Below are positions 13,103 through 24,841 of a stretch of 64,000 bases of DNA, one piece after another. The stretch's first letter is position 1. Each line of letters starts with the position of its first letter. This DNA comes from Euprymna scolopes (Eukaryota), in assembly GCA_053919585.1 (NCBI GenBank), contig CM132807.1. One strand, given 5' to 3'. The notes under the pieces are model-generated. The model saw only the letters and a list, made by a program, of their open reading frames with translations. It was not told the origin of the DNA and did no database searches. Position numbers and translations under genes: made by a program.

Positions 13103-13120
13103 CTCCCTGAATATGCACCT
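13103..13120 (-). other. Candidate 18-nt microexon of an unseen minus-strand host gene
   Basis: Minus strand ...AATATTTTTACAG|AGGTGCATATTCAGGGAG|GTAAGTATC; consensus splice sites; open in all three frames. Confidence 0.3.
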
Positions 13121-15704
13121 CTGTAAAAATATTATGATGACGAGAACATTCATTATAAATGTCTGTTATGATAGTTTAATAAAGTATTATTCCGTGAAAC
13201 AGTAAACATCTAAAACTCTTTCTTCAGTTGCAGTTATAGTTTAGATGTAAGATGGTGCAATGAGAAGACACACGAACAGATTACTTATTGACACCATCAA
13301 AGACTCCGGTATATTTGAACATTTGATTTTTGCTTTACATAATTGATATTTCTTTGAAGAATCCATAAGATAATCAGTTACTGTTTTTCTTATTCATTTA
13401 AGAAAACAACATTATGTAATTACTCGTTGTTAAATTAACTTGCGTCGTTCTCTCCAGCCCACTCCTAATGACATTACATTCTTCAATCAACTTTTCTGAG
13501 TGCCCAGAGTCAGCACACATCAATTAATAACCTCATCAAAAGAATTGCGACGAGAAAACACAAAGGCATGAAGCCAATCCTGATGCGCCAGCTCAACCGT
13601 CGTGCATCTGATTTGGCATATTTTCAAAATTTTAATTACACACTTGCAAAAGCAAATGTAATTATTCCATTCATACTTTATGTGTGTTTTTCTATTTTAT
13701 AAAAAGTAAAATACGATTGATGAAATTCCTTTGATTAAAAGACGAATTTGTAGAATCAGTAATATAAATTTGATCTATCATATCGTTTCACAATAGTTGA
13801 TTGATATTTTACAATGCAACATTAGTGATCGACATATCTGTGTATTTTACATCTAAAATAATCTATGTTCCTAGGATGAATTAAATTGTATCTTGTATGG
13901 ATGACTTATTTGCGGTTTTGGAAAATACGGAATCGTACCGTAATTACCATTGCTTCCAGTTCTATTCTGAACCACGGTGCTTATATTAATTCGGGCAGCG
14001 TTTGGTTTCAGGTCAATAAATGCGCTAAAAATTGATTATTGGTCTCTTCTTTCTCTTTGCAAATAAATAATTCTCAACCAAATTAAAAAAATATATATAA
14101 GGTTCTTCTTCAAATCTATCAACCCCAAACGTGAATATATTGGAATATAAAATAAAACTTGAGGAATCCGTTTATTTTTTTTAAATAGTAATACGGCTTT
14201 AATAACCTGAAATACTGTAAATACGAAAAAAAAACAAAAGAACATCATCAAGAAATATTTGAAGATTTAAAAAAAACTTGCAGTAACAAACAAAACAAAA
14301 TATTCTTCCAAAAATACTTGGATCAGCGTTAAATAACACAAAAAATATTTGATATAACAACACAAAATTTCACACTAATCTTGTGTAATTAACGTGGAAA
14401 ATTTGGTCATGAAATGTAGGTAGAAATTAAAGGAGCATACACTGGTGAGATCGAGAGTAGGAACTTAAGATAAGTGTCAAATTTAACTTTGCCTTTTTTT
14501 ACAATACAGCTTATTTTTTACGTCTAAAAAGTGACGGTACTTAAGTCGATAACGTCACAGACTCTTGATAAAGGATGCTGGGGCCGATTCATCTCACGTC
14601 ATTGTATTATTTCTGCTTGACAATAGTCATGTGCTACTACAGCAAGTATGTATATAAAAATGAAACAATTCAACAAAACTGCAGAAAATTCTAGAACAGT
14701 AATTTGTATGTACATGATTTCCTAATAAACTTATTTTTCAAACCTGTAAAAATTTAGAAAACTGCTGCTAATCGGAATGTTGGTTAGATTTTACTCATAA
14801 CGTTTTGATGCGAAGTCTTACAGACTATACTGAAGAATTTTATAGAATACAGGTATTCTCAATATTTAGCAAATGTTCATAGTGGGTGATTTCATAGTAG
14901 CACTTTCACATCAAGATGTTTGCAACATTCACATGGTCTCTCCTGCGAAGATGCGAAAAACAGAAGACGTCCCATGCAATCTTATTAACTTCTTATTTAT
15001 AGAATATATTATTTAAGTAATAGCGTTTAGAAATATATGCCTGCATGTAAAAGACTTGGATATATCACAATTTATGTAAAAGTTTAAACAGAAAAAAATT
15101 CAAACAACAATCTTGTATTAAATCTGCATCCCTTAATTTTTATCACCTTTATATATGGGATATATGTAAGTGTATACATTACATATGTTGGCAATATTGA
15201 AACGAATGGACGATTTAATTTGAATTGTGAAAAATATTTTTGATTATTAGAATTTAAGTGTAAATATCGATAATCAATATTTTAATTAATTTTACGTCCA
15301 TCCCTGATTTAATAATTATTAAAACGGCATCGTTGCGCAGATAAAAATATAATCTATCAGATCTGTATAGATTTACGTAAAAAAACTAAGGAAACCTTGG
15401 TAGGGATTGGCTCATGTATATTTATTTATACACTGTTCACATTTTTACTTTAAAACTACGTTTACTGATTATTTAATTGAAATTATAATTTGTTTCAATG
15501 ACATTTGTTTCCATTCCCAGCAAAAAAAGCGAATTTGATTAAGAGTTTTGTGAGGTCAGTTTGACAAATTAAATCCGTATTAAATTAAAGGAGAATTATA
15601 TGCAACATTGACTTTCATCATCGTGCTGCCGAATCTCTGTACGATTTTTGGTTTTGTTAGTCTAATTTTTTCCATACGATACGCTGTTTTGATACCTCAT
15701 TCTA

Positions 15705-15769
<65 letters not shown>

Positions 15770-15879
15770 TAGTTTTTTTGGGGGGAAAAATTCCAGAAGA
15801 GTGCTCAATTAAAAGGAAAATCCAAATTGTAAGAGCGTATTTATATATTGTGTACAGAAGTTGTTAATTGAGACAGATC

Positions 15880-15952
15880 ATTGGTACCGTCGGTTTCAAG
15901 CCCGATAATAAGTCCCGTTTAAGGTATCCTTATCAAGCTCTCTTCAGCCAAT
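15880..15952 (-). ncRNA. Type I hammerhead ribozyme, canonical core, GUA cleavage triplet
   Basis: Minus strand: AUUGG - CUGAAGA - stem II GAGCUUGAUAA/UUAUCGGGCUU - GAA - stem III ACC(GAC)GGU - A - CCAAU. All core nucleotides are present and stem I AUUGG/CCAAU pairs. Confidence 0.85.
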
Positions 15953-15971
15953 ATTCGTCTCTTCAGCGAAT

Positions 15972-16044
15972 ATTGGCTGAAGAGAGCTTGATAAGGATAC
16001 CTTAAACGGGCCTTGTTATCGGGCTTGAAACCGACGTTACCAAT
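15972..16044 (+). ncRNA. Type I hammerhead ribozyme, inverted second copy with one stem III mismatch
   Basis: ATTGG 15972-76, CTGAAGA 15977-83, stem II 15984-94/16016-26, GAAA 16027-30, CCGACGTT, A 16039, CCAAT 16040-44. Confidence 0.75.
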
Positions 16045-16075
16045 GATCTGTCTCAACTAACAACTTCTGTACACA

Positions 16076-16118
<43 letters not shown>

Positions 16119-16119
<1 letters not shown>

Positions 16120-16260
16120 CCTATAATATAAAGATGGAAGTATGTGTGTGTGTCTGGTTACGAAGAGGCTCTATATGGTTGACTATTATAGAAAACTGAT
16201 CCCATATAATGATAGATGTATCGATACACAGGAATGGGTACGTTTGATCTGGCATAATGA
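16119..16260 (+). mobile_element. 5' part of a Helitron-like element (same family as 55978-56414); 3' end not located
   Basis: A|TCCTATAATATAAAGATGGAAGTATGTGTGTGTGTCT; 16171-16240 matches the reverse complement of 56294-56366. Confidence 0.65.
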
Positions 16261-17889
16261 TGATTTAGTAAAATTGGGGGGGCTGCATACGCGCCTGGTC
16301 CACAAAGTAATGAAATAAAAAAATAAAAATTAAACAAAAAACGTTTACAGGTGTTTTTGATATAGATGTACATGATAATACCGTGATAAGTATATTTTAA
16401 CTTTTCCTGATCGTCGTTTTGATTCTAATCAAAGATTTTTCCAAACTTCCAGTAAATTCATATATTCTTTGTTTAATTTCAGTCCTATTTTTACCCCAAT
16501 AAACATAACATCCACATATGTAATAACAATGCTTTTAATAAACTCCCCTCAATTTCCTCCTTTCTATTCTTACCTTTTTTCTGTTTCCCTTGTTACTTCT
16601 CTTTTCTCGAGAGCGGTTAATTGATAGCAACAATAGTGACTGAAGCGACGTCAAAAAAAAAAACGTCGCTTACCTCGTTACGTTTTTTCTACGATTTTAA
16701 ACAAAAGTAAATTCATCATAACTTTTGCTTTACTGAACGAACGTTGGAATGATTTTCACAATATAGCTGAGAAGCTGAGGTATAAACTATGTTAATTGTT
16801 TGAAATTTGGTCGAAAAATGAGTAAACGTTCCTAAATAACTGCCACTTAANNNNNNNNNNNNNNNNNNNNNNNNNNNNNNNNNNNNNNNNNNNNNNNNNN
16901 NNNNNNNNNNNNNNNNNNNNNNNNNNNNNNNNNNNNNNNNNNNNNNNNNNNNNNNNNNNNNNNNNNNNNNNNNNNNNNNNNNNNNNNNNNNNNNNNNAAA
17001 GAAAAGCATCATAAGTTAAGAATGTGTGCATAAAATGTCCTATTAAAATTCTTATCATAATTGCAATCCGTCTTTTCCTCGTATTCCGGTTTTCTAGATT
17101 CTCCCCGCAACCTACATATTATACATAACTACTATTATACATTTGACTTTACTCTACTAATCATAACTATCATACATGCATCTATTCTCCAGAGTAAGGC
17201 TTCTTTTTATCGCTGCATACTTAGAAACATTACCTAAATGTGTGTGGCGGCTGTCACTATTTACAGGAATGATGTCCTCGCATGCGACACAGATGTTTAA
17301 ATGGCAAATAAATAACTTGGTGTGTTTTAAAATGTAGCAATCGTCGGCTTGTGTGGTTTGGGTTAACTTTGCGATATTAACTAAAAGTTGGATTGATTCA
17401 AAAAAGTTTTTTCTCATTGCAGATGTCACCACAATTAATGAGGGGCATTGGTTAATCTTGGAAATGCTTCATCTATGTGTAATTCACGCTTATCCCCAAC
17501 AGATGGCAGGGATGATAATTGATGAGAACAAGCATATATTGTAAAATTCATGCGTGTCTGCTTTTTAAATCAATGATGTAATATTCTAGAATTGTAAGAA
17601 AATGTTTAATGTCTGTTTTACGCATTATAAATTCATTACATATGCATACAATATACAAGTGGCGTGTAACTCTAACCGTATTATTTGGATTGTTATGATT
17701 TCTGTTCTCACTTTGTTGGTGCTGAAATCGGTAATCGGTTCGTGATATCCACTGCAACCTTCTCAAGTGTTCTAAGCTACACGTGAATTATAGAAATTAC
17801 GTCCACCGAACATCATTAGAACAACAACCATGATTCGAATAGCATATTATACAAATTAGTAAAACTCATTTCGAAAGTACAACTACTCC

Positions 17890-18130
17890 GTATCCATCTT
17901 TGAAACAAAGCACAGTGCTATTTTGATGTGCAGGGCTACTATCGAGGAGATAACTTTCAGTGATATTATATAGGGATTTGAGCAGCAATATGTCTGTTCA
18001 CATAATACTTGAGCGGCTGCCTGTCAGTACAGTTCGGAAAGTTGAAACCTGGAAAGAGGTTTCAAAGTCTAAGATTTCTGAGGAAGAAAATATTAGAGTA
18101 GAAGGCTTTCTTACATCTAGTGTTCTCTAT
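17890..18130 (-). mobile_element. Decayed CR1-like LINE 3' fragment
   Basis: Reverse complement aligns with 22030-22210 and 30550-30730 (CTGTACTGACA.GC...TCAAGT...ATGTGAAC). Confidence 0.6.
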
Positions 18131-20165
18131 TGTGTAGGGGTGGGATTATGCTCTTGTCTGGTTTGTCGCGGGTATTTATGTCGACGGGGTATTTATGTCG
18201 AGGGACTTGTAATTCTTCAGAAAATACTAGTAGAGCAGGACAAAGTATTAATAACTCTGAATATGAGGATAAATCTGCTTCACAGAAAATGGATCGTAGA
18301 CATGTTTGTTGTAAATTCTTAAATTTGACATCATAAGTGTCACTCTTGTCCGTCAACATTTAAGTTAAGTTGAGAGTTTGTTTTTTTTATGCCGATGTAC
18401 ATGTTTTAAATTTGAAATATCTACCGGAGAAAAAAAGGCTTTAAAAACGGATTCGGTATTTCCGAACAATACAATATGGTGTAAAATATTTTAATAGCAA
18501 CTTGGAAATGTTAGAATCAATAACAAATAGAATTTAGTATAAAGTCAAAGAACGGGGTAGTGAGCTGAGTAGGCACGTCAGTGTATCAAACAAAGTTAAG
18601 GTTTGATTTGTACATATTGACAAAATGTACAGCTTTTAGTTAAAGTTAGTAAATTGATGTTCAGTCTGGCACTCCAAGACTAAGTTGAAAATACAGTTTG
18701 GACATCAGGAGGTGACTCTTGACGGGCTGGGATATTGTAGGGTGCAGAATGTACAGATAGAAAACGCGTTGTAGACACCAGGAATGATCCAGNNNNNNNN
18801 NNNNNNNNNNNNNNNNNNNNNNNNNNNNNNNNNNNNNNNNNNNNNNNNNNNNNNNNNNNNNNNNNNNNNNNNNNNNNNNNNNNNNNNNNNNNNNNNNNNN
18901 NNNNNNNNNNNNNNNNNNNNNNNNNNNNNNNNNNNNNNNNNNNNNNNNNNNNNNNNNNNNNNNNNNNNNNNNNNNNNNNNNNNNNNNNNNNNNNNNNNNN
19001 AAAATTCTGATAGATATTACTTGAAGTAATACATTCAAGGAGATCCTTGCCAAAAAGGAGATCCTAGCCAAAAAAGCTCAATATTTAAGAATAGAGCAAT
19101 ATACAAGATCGTGGTTCAATTTTAAATTCTGAAAAAACAACATATAGAGACAGATATTCGATTTAAGAATGTATTGCTTGACAAAGGAATATATAGAAGG
19201 GGTTATTTTAATTTCCTTAATCCATGTACTTTCAACAATGGCTCATATCAACAGAGGAAATGAAATGCAGTTAGCAAAATGTTCAGCTGCGAATGGACGC
19301 TATGTTGCTTTTCAGCACAATTATTGAAAATAGTTTTTTCAGTGGGTGTGGATAATTATATGGAGAAAATTATACGAAAAGAGAAGTTGATACTATCTGG
19401 GTAGTGCATTATCGGAAGAAGTCCAATGTCATTCGGGGTTATAAATCCGGGAGGGCAGAAAAGAGGTCCATGAGAGAAAGTGATATTCCCATATAGCGAA
19501 AGCGTACTGCTCCTTATTGGTATTTCAAAAAGTATACCAGGCAGCCTTATTCGTTGTTGCGTTGGTTGTGTGTTATTTGCTGTGGTCCAAATGCTTTCTC
19601 GGTGTTGACAAAGTATATCCGAAATTGGGTGGATATACAATTCCATTGTAATTATCCCCATGAGTAATAGACTTTTAGCATTGAATTAAGTGTTCAATGG
19701 ACCTCGGAATCAATAGTGTAGTTATCAAAATACCAAAGATAGTAAAATACTCCTTGTGATGATATTCGGAAGAGTACGCTGGAACGGTTTGCTTGAGGTA
19801 TGAGTCTGTTAGAAAGATAGTTCGTTATCTTGTTTATATTGGATGAAGGAAGCTTTTTATATAAGGGAAAGAGAAAGTCGGGTGAAGTAGATAGGGTAAT
19901 TAGAGAGGGGGGCGGCTAAAGTTGGGCGAACATACATGTTCTTAATGGAGAATTTTCGGCGGGGGAAGGGGGAATTGCGTTGTAGTATTCCTTTAAAAGG
20001 GATGACCTCTTGATGTTAAGTTCAAGTGGCTAATGGATATTCTTGTGATTTTCAATGTGGGGTGTGCGTGAGGGGGAGTGGATGTGCTGTTTTTGTTGTG
20101 GGGATGGGTGAGCTGATGAGCTTGACATAGAGACTACATATACATATATATATGCATATATATAA

Positions 20166-20214
<49 letters not shown>

Positions 20215-20787
20215 TAGCGACCTAGTGGAGAATTTTGGCAGCGTCGCAAAATTAAAACACTGTACGCCAAAGAGACAACTTCAAACGAGGCATTCCTGCT
20301 GAAAATGTCATTCATTTCTTTACAGAATTGTCTTGCAAATATTACTTTCCTGGTTGTAAGCTATGCGAGTTCATATGTGAAGACACTCAAACGTAGATGA
20401 ACCTTGACTGGTATACAACACACATGCCCAAGATGATCCGAGCTGCGATATGCAAATAGGTATGGCATGAATATACACCCCTAGTTATATAGCTTTCCTC
20501 CTAAAAATATGGAAGATAAGCTTTTCATTTATACAACAAATATTTGTATTAAGATATCTAACTTGTGAAAAAAGTAAATGCTTTAGATATGTGCGATTTT
20601 AAAAGCACACCACACTTGCTCCTCTATCTTGTGTCTTGAATCTATTTTGTTCCAAGTTTATTACATGATTTTCATGCAACAATCTTTTTGTAATTTTAGG
20701 TTAAAAACGTAAGGTGGGTAAAGAAGAAAGTTTAATTAATGACAATTAAAGGTAACTGTGCTTAGTTGGTGTATAATGACTATATAC

Positions 20788-20835
<48 letters not shown>

Positions 20836-21304
20836 CATTAAAATTGTTATACATTTTCACATTTAAATCGTGGATTTGTCTCATATCATATCTATAATAA
20901 ATCTTGAAATTTATTTTAAAGATGCTGAAGTTTTAAATGTAAATCTTTATTGATGTATTAGGTGTATTTTTAAATTTCACAAAATCCGAGTTATAGTGTC
21001 TCTTTTGCATAAAAAGTTTAAATATCAAAATATAACTCACGGACACATACACGTATCAGCTCAATCCCAAAATCTATACTAACCAGTGTATTAGTTATGG
21101 GTAACTGTTTTATATACAAATATATAAAGATAAAAATCATACTGACATAATGTTTTTGGAAATTGTAATTAAGTTGTAATAATTATCCACAATTATGTTA
21201 AATTTTGCCGTCAAGTGCCTGCAAAAAATTCCTCTAGCATTTTCTGTAGAAAGGGGAGCGTACTGTTTATTGTAGATAATCTACAATATTTATTACTAAA
21301 ATTA

Positions 21305-21343
<39 letters not shown>

Positions 21344-21834
21344 TATGCCATGTGTTTTCGATCGCTTATTTAACGCCGGCCCATCGACTAGTCAATAATA
21401 ATGTCGAACTTACCTCCAGCGAATATGTCTAATAAGTGTTCGCCGCTTATCGCGGTATGGCTGTCTATTAATATATTTGCTGTTTCGAGCCGTTGCATAA
21501 TTTTACTTACATCAGAGAGTTCCTTATTCATAAAAAGCTGCCATCTATCTATAGATAGGGTATTGTTGAGATATCTGGACCGATATTTCTGTTGGTAGTC
21601 CCTCGCTCCTAGATTGAATCGAAATGAGAGTCCAAATCTAATATATTTTGCACTACTTGACAAGTCTCAACGTCTGACCCAACACCGCACTGGTACATAT
21701 CCGCAACTGTTTTACAAGTATTTTAATAACAGTTGTACCTGCCAACATACATACTACCAATCTATGAAGCAGCAAAATCTCACCCGATCCTTGTTAAAGT
21801 TTGTAGATCGCAATATCGACCGCCCACATCTGCT

Positions 21835-22231
21835 AATTATAGTAACAGACAGCCATTCCCGCGATGCTTCGGTTCGTTCTACAAGTGTTTAATAGTGATT
21901 GCTCCGGCGACTTACAAGCCGTTGTACATATTCGATGTAAATACCCTCGAGAAATCTGACAAGAAAAAACATCCCACCCCTACAGTGTACAAATCCCTAG
22001 ATTTAAGAACGTTTTCTACACTAATAGTTTCTTCACCAGACTAGACTTTGGAGCGGGCTTCCGAGTTCCTGTTTTCCCAACTGTACTGACATGCAGAAGT
22101 TCAAGTGTAATGTGAACGGGCATCTCGTTGTTCAACTCCCTACATAGTATCCTTGCAACATGTCCACGATAGTAGGCCTCTACATCAAACTGGCACTGTA
22201 CCATGTAAGGGATGCACATTGAATACAAAAA
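21835..22231 (+). mobile_element. CR1-like LINE 3' end with A-rich tail
   Basis: Homologous to 30350-30757; ends TTGAATACAAAAA. Confidence 0.65.
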
Positions 22232-23754
22232 GATAGGGGAAATCCTTGTTCTCTAATATGTTATTCCCTCTATCACACTTTAAAATTCAATCTCTTATTT
22301 CTTGTTTTTACTACAAAAGCTCGTCCATAGTTTTAATGTAGTTAAACCACTCAATTCCATACAATAATACGATTACAAATAATAGCCACTTACGACTAAG
22401 TTTCAATAAGCCTCATTTCTGATGCAAAATAATAAAAGAAGGAACAATATAATAGACAACATTCTCATAGTCTGTTTATGTCTCGTTATTGATCTTGTCA
22501 AAAATTATACTGAAAGGAAGCGACTATGCGCGAAGTAATTCAATGCCAGAATAAGAAGAGTTGATTTAGACGAGAGGAAATGTTGACGAACCATGTCCAT
22601 GTTTTAAATCAATCTGCATGATGAGCGGTGAAAGGCTACTTACAATTTAAACGTGAGTAAACCGATCCACCAAACGAAAGGTCACGAACCTTAAATGTAT
22701 TGAATCAATCTAATCTTATTTCCTACCCCCTTCTTTTATTTAGTCATTTCTTCTAATTTTAAGTCGGATGACAGTTTAAGAATGTCGAATAAAATTTTGC
22801 TCCGTTTCTTTCGTACTTTTAATGATCAGCCTGGATAATTGCATACAATAAGATCAATAAAACGTTGGTGAATGGCCAGATTTTAGCGTTGATTACAATG
22901 TGACTAATTATTCTTCACAAGGTAACGATGCGTGTCTTATGCTTCGTGGATACTCTCTTAAGAAGCCTGTAACTTTACGAGAGGAATTGTAAAAGTACCG
23001 TGTGTGGACACGGATGCTAAACGCATTACATGGTAATGACAATGCAACAAGAAAAGGGGGAATGTCGCCCAAGAAGAGTAAAGAAAACGGTGGATTCCGG
23101 TAAATATCGGTGCGTGTGTGTGTGGGCGTCTCAGATACTTAATCATGTATGCAAAATAGGTTGTTGAAATGTTAGCAAGAAGAAGACAGATATGCATTCA
23201 CTTCTCATGCAATTCTCTACAAAACTACATTAGGCCAAAAATAGAGTTTTATTGATATTTATCAGAGTACTTTTTTGGCACAGTACAAAAGTCTACTTCG
23301 CAGTCTGGTGGGAGGTGACTCTTTCGCGTAGTTGACTCTTCTCTCATACACAGTCCCTCTCTATTGTGTGTACCATTTTTGGAAGATTCTCAATTGAGTT
23401 ACAAATGTAACAAACCGCAGACGCACGTGTAGCGACTGCATACAAATGCCGGACTATGATTGAAATTGAAAAAGAACATAACTACAACGAACACGTTTAC
23501 ACATACTGACGTGAACGTTTGAAAGGGCAAATTTTAGAAAAAATACTTATAATAACTTTATATTCAGAAAAATACCCGGAAATAAGGTTCGTTCTTTACA
23601 ACAGAAAGAACGTAAATCAGGTTATTACGTGTTTTCTGTTACCTGCGACTTTCTCTAAAACAAGGCGTTGCGTAAGAGTGTGTATTTTTTTAATGCGTAT
23701 GTAAACGAGTTATATGAAACACCAGCAGTGGACCACGCCTCACAGTTTTACAGC

Positions 23755-24048
23755 AAGGAATCAACCGTAAATAATGTTTTAAATATATGAAGAAATAAAC
23801 GCTTAATAATATTTTAAGTATGTAAGAAATCAACACGTAATAATGAGTTGAATGTGAAAGGAATCAACACTTGATAATGTTAATATAAAAAGCAATTCAA
23901 CAATTAATAGTTTATTTTTAATATAAAAAAAAATCAACCGTTAATAAGGGTTTATGTTGAAAAGGATCAACACTTAATTATGTTGGAATATGAACGGAAT
24001 CAACACTTAATAATGTTTTTAATATGAAAATAATCAGCACAATAATGT
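23755..24048. repeat. Degenerate minisatellite, unit about 33-35 bp, about 8-9 copies
   Basis: Recurrent AAGGAATCAACAC.TAATAATGTTT.AATATG. Confidence 0.75.
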
Positions 24049-24084
24049 AAGACTAGATACTATAGATACAATTTTTTCTGAAAC

Positions 24085-24750
24085 ACGGATTCTTCTGAAG
24101 CCAAATGAGTTTTTCTTGTTTTTCAAGCCCGGACTAGTCTTCCAAACAACAATCGACCAGAGCAGCGTCTTGTGTTACAGCTAGTCTTCAAGTGAACACG
24201 CAGCCAGAGAGGCTTCTTGTGTTTCCAACGCAGACTCATATTTCGGTGAACATTCAATCACAGAGGCTTCTTTTGTTTCTAGCCCGGACTTGTCTTCCGA
24301 TGAACATTCATGTAGAACAGCTTCTTTTGTTTCAATCCCCAAATTGTCTTCCGATGAGTATCCAGCCATAAGATCTTCTTGTTTTAATCCTCAACTTGTC
24401 TTCGATGAACATAAAATCTTGTGTTTCAAGCCATTAATTGTCTTCTAATGAACATTAAGCCAAACGTGCGTTCTTATGTTTAAAGCCCCAAATGGATCTT
24501 CCTTTTAAAATTCAGCCAGTCGAGCTACTTATATTTTTAGCCCTGACTGGTCTTCCGACGAGCAATCAGCCAGAGTAGCTTCTTGTTTTTTAAGCCCTGA
24601 TTAGTGTACAGATGAAAATTCAGTCAAAGGAAGATTCTTGTTTTAAGCCCTGGCTGGTCTTTCGATACACACTCACCACAAGGAGTTTATTGTGTAAAAA
24701 CCCGGCTGTTCATCCATGGACTATTCAGCAAGATTTTTCTTTGTTGCCAT
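24085..24750. repeat. Degenerate 54-bp tandem repeat, left block
   Basis: Unit like TGAACATTCAGCCAGAG..GCTTCTTGTGTTTCAAGCCC.GACT.GTCTTCCGA; gives the 18-aa periodicity of ORF 24181-24369. Confidence 0.8.
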
Positions 24751-24841
24751 AGCGACTGTTTCTAATATTTGCGGGTTTTTTAAATGACGATATCTTCTGA
24801 AAGACAGTTTCTTGTGATTGGCTGTTGGTTACCATAGTAAC

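Larger units (their letters stand above)
15766..16076. mobile_element. Penelope-like pLTR / retrozyme-type insertion with inverted duplication, inside a (TA)n tract
   Basis: Flanked by (TA)n at 15706-15765 and 16076-16118; palindromic arms about 15842-15957 and 15967-16082, each carrying a hammerhead motif. Confidence 0.7.

Noticed and set aside
18160-18205. GGTATTTATGTCG short repeats resembling transposon subterminal motifs
   Set aside because: No TIR or TSD found
23755-24750. Repeat arrays as possible CRISPR
   Set aside because: Degenerate tandem units without unique spacers, eukaryotic context, no cas genes
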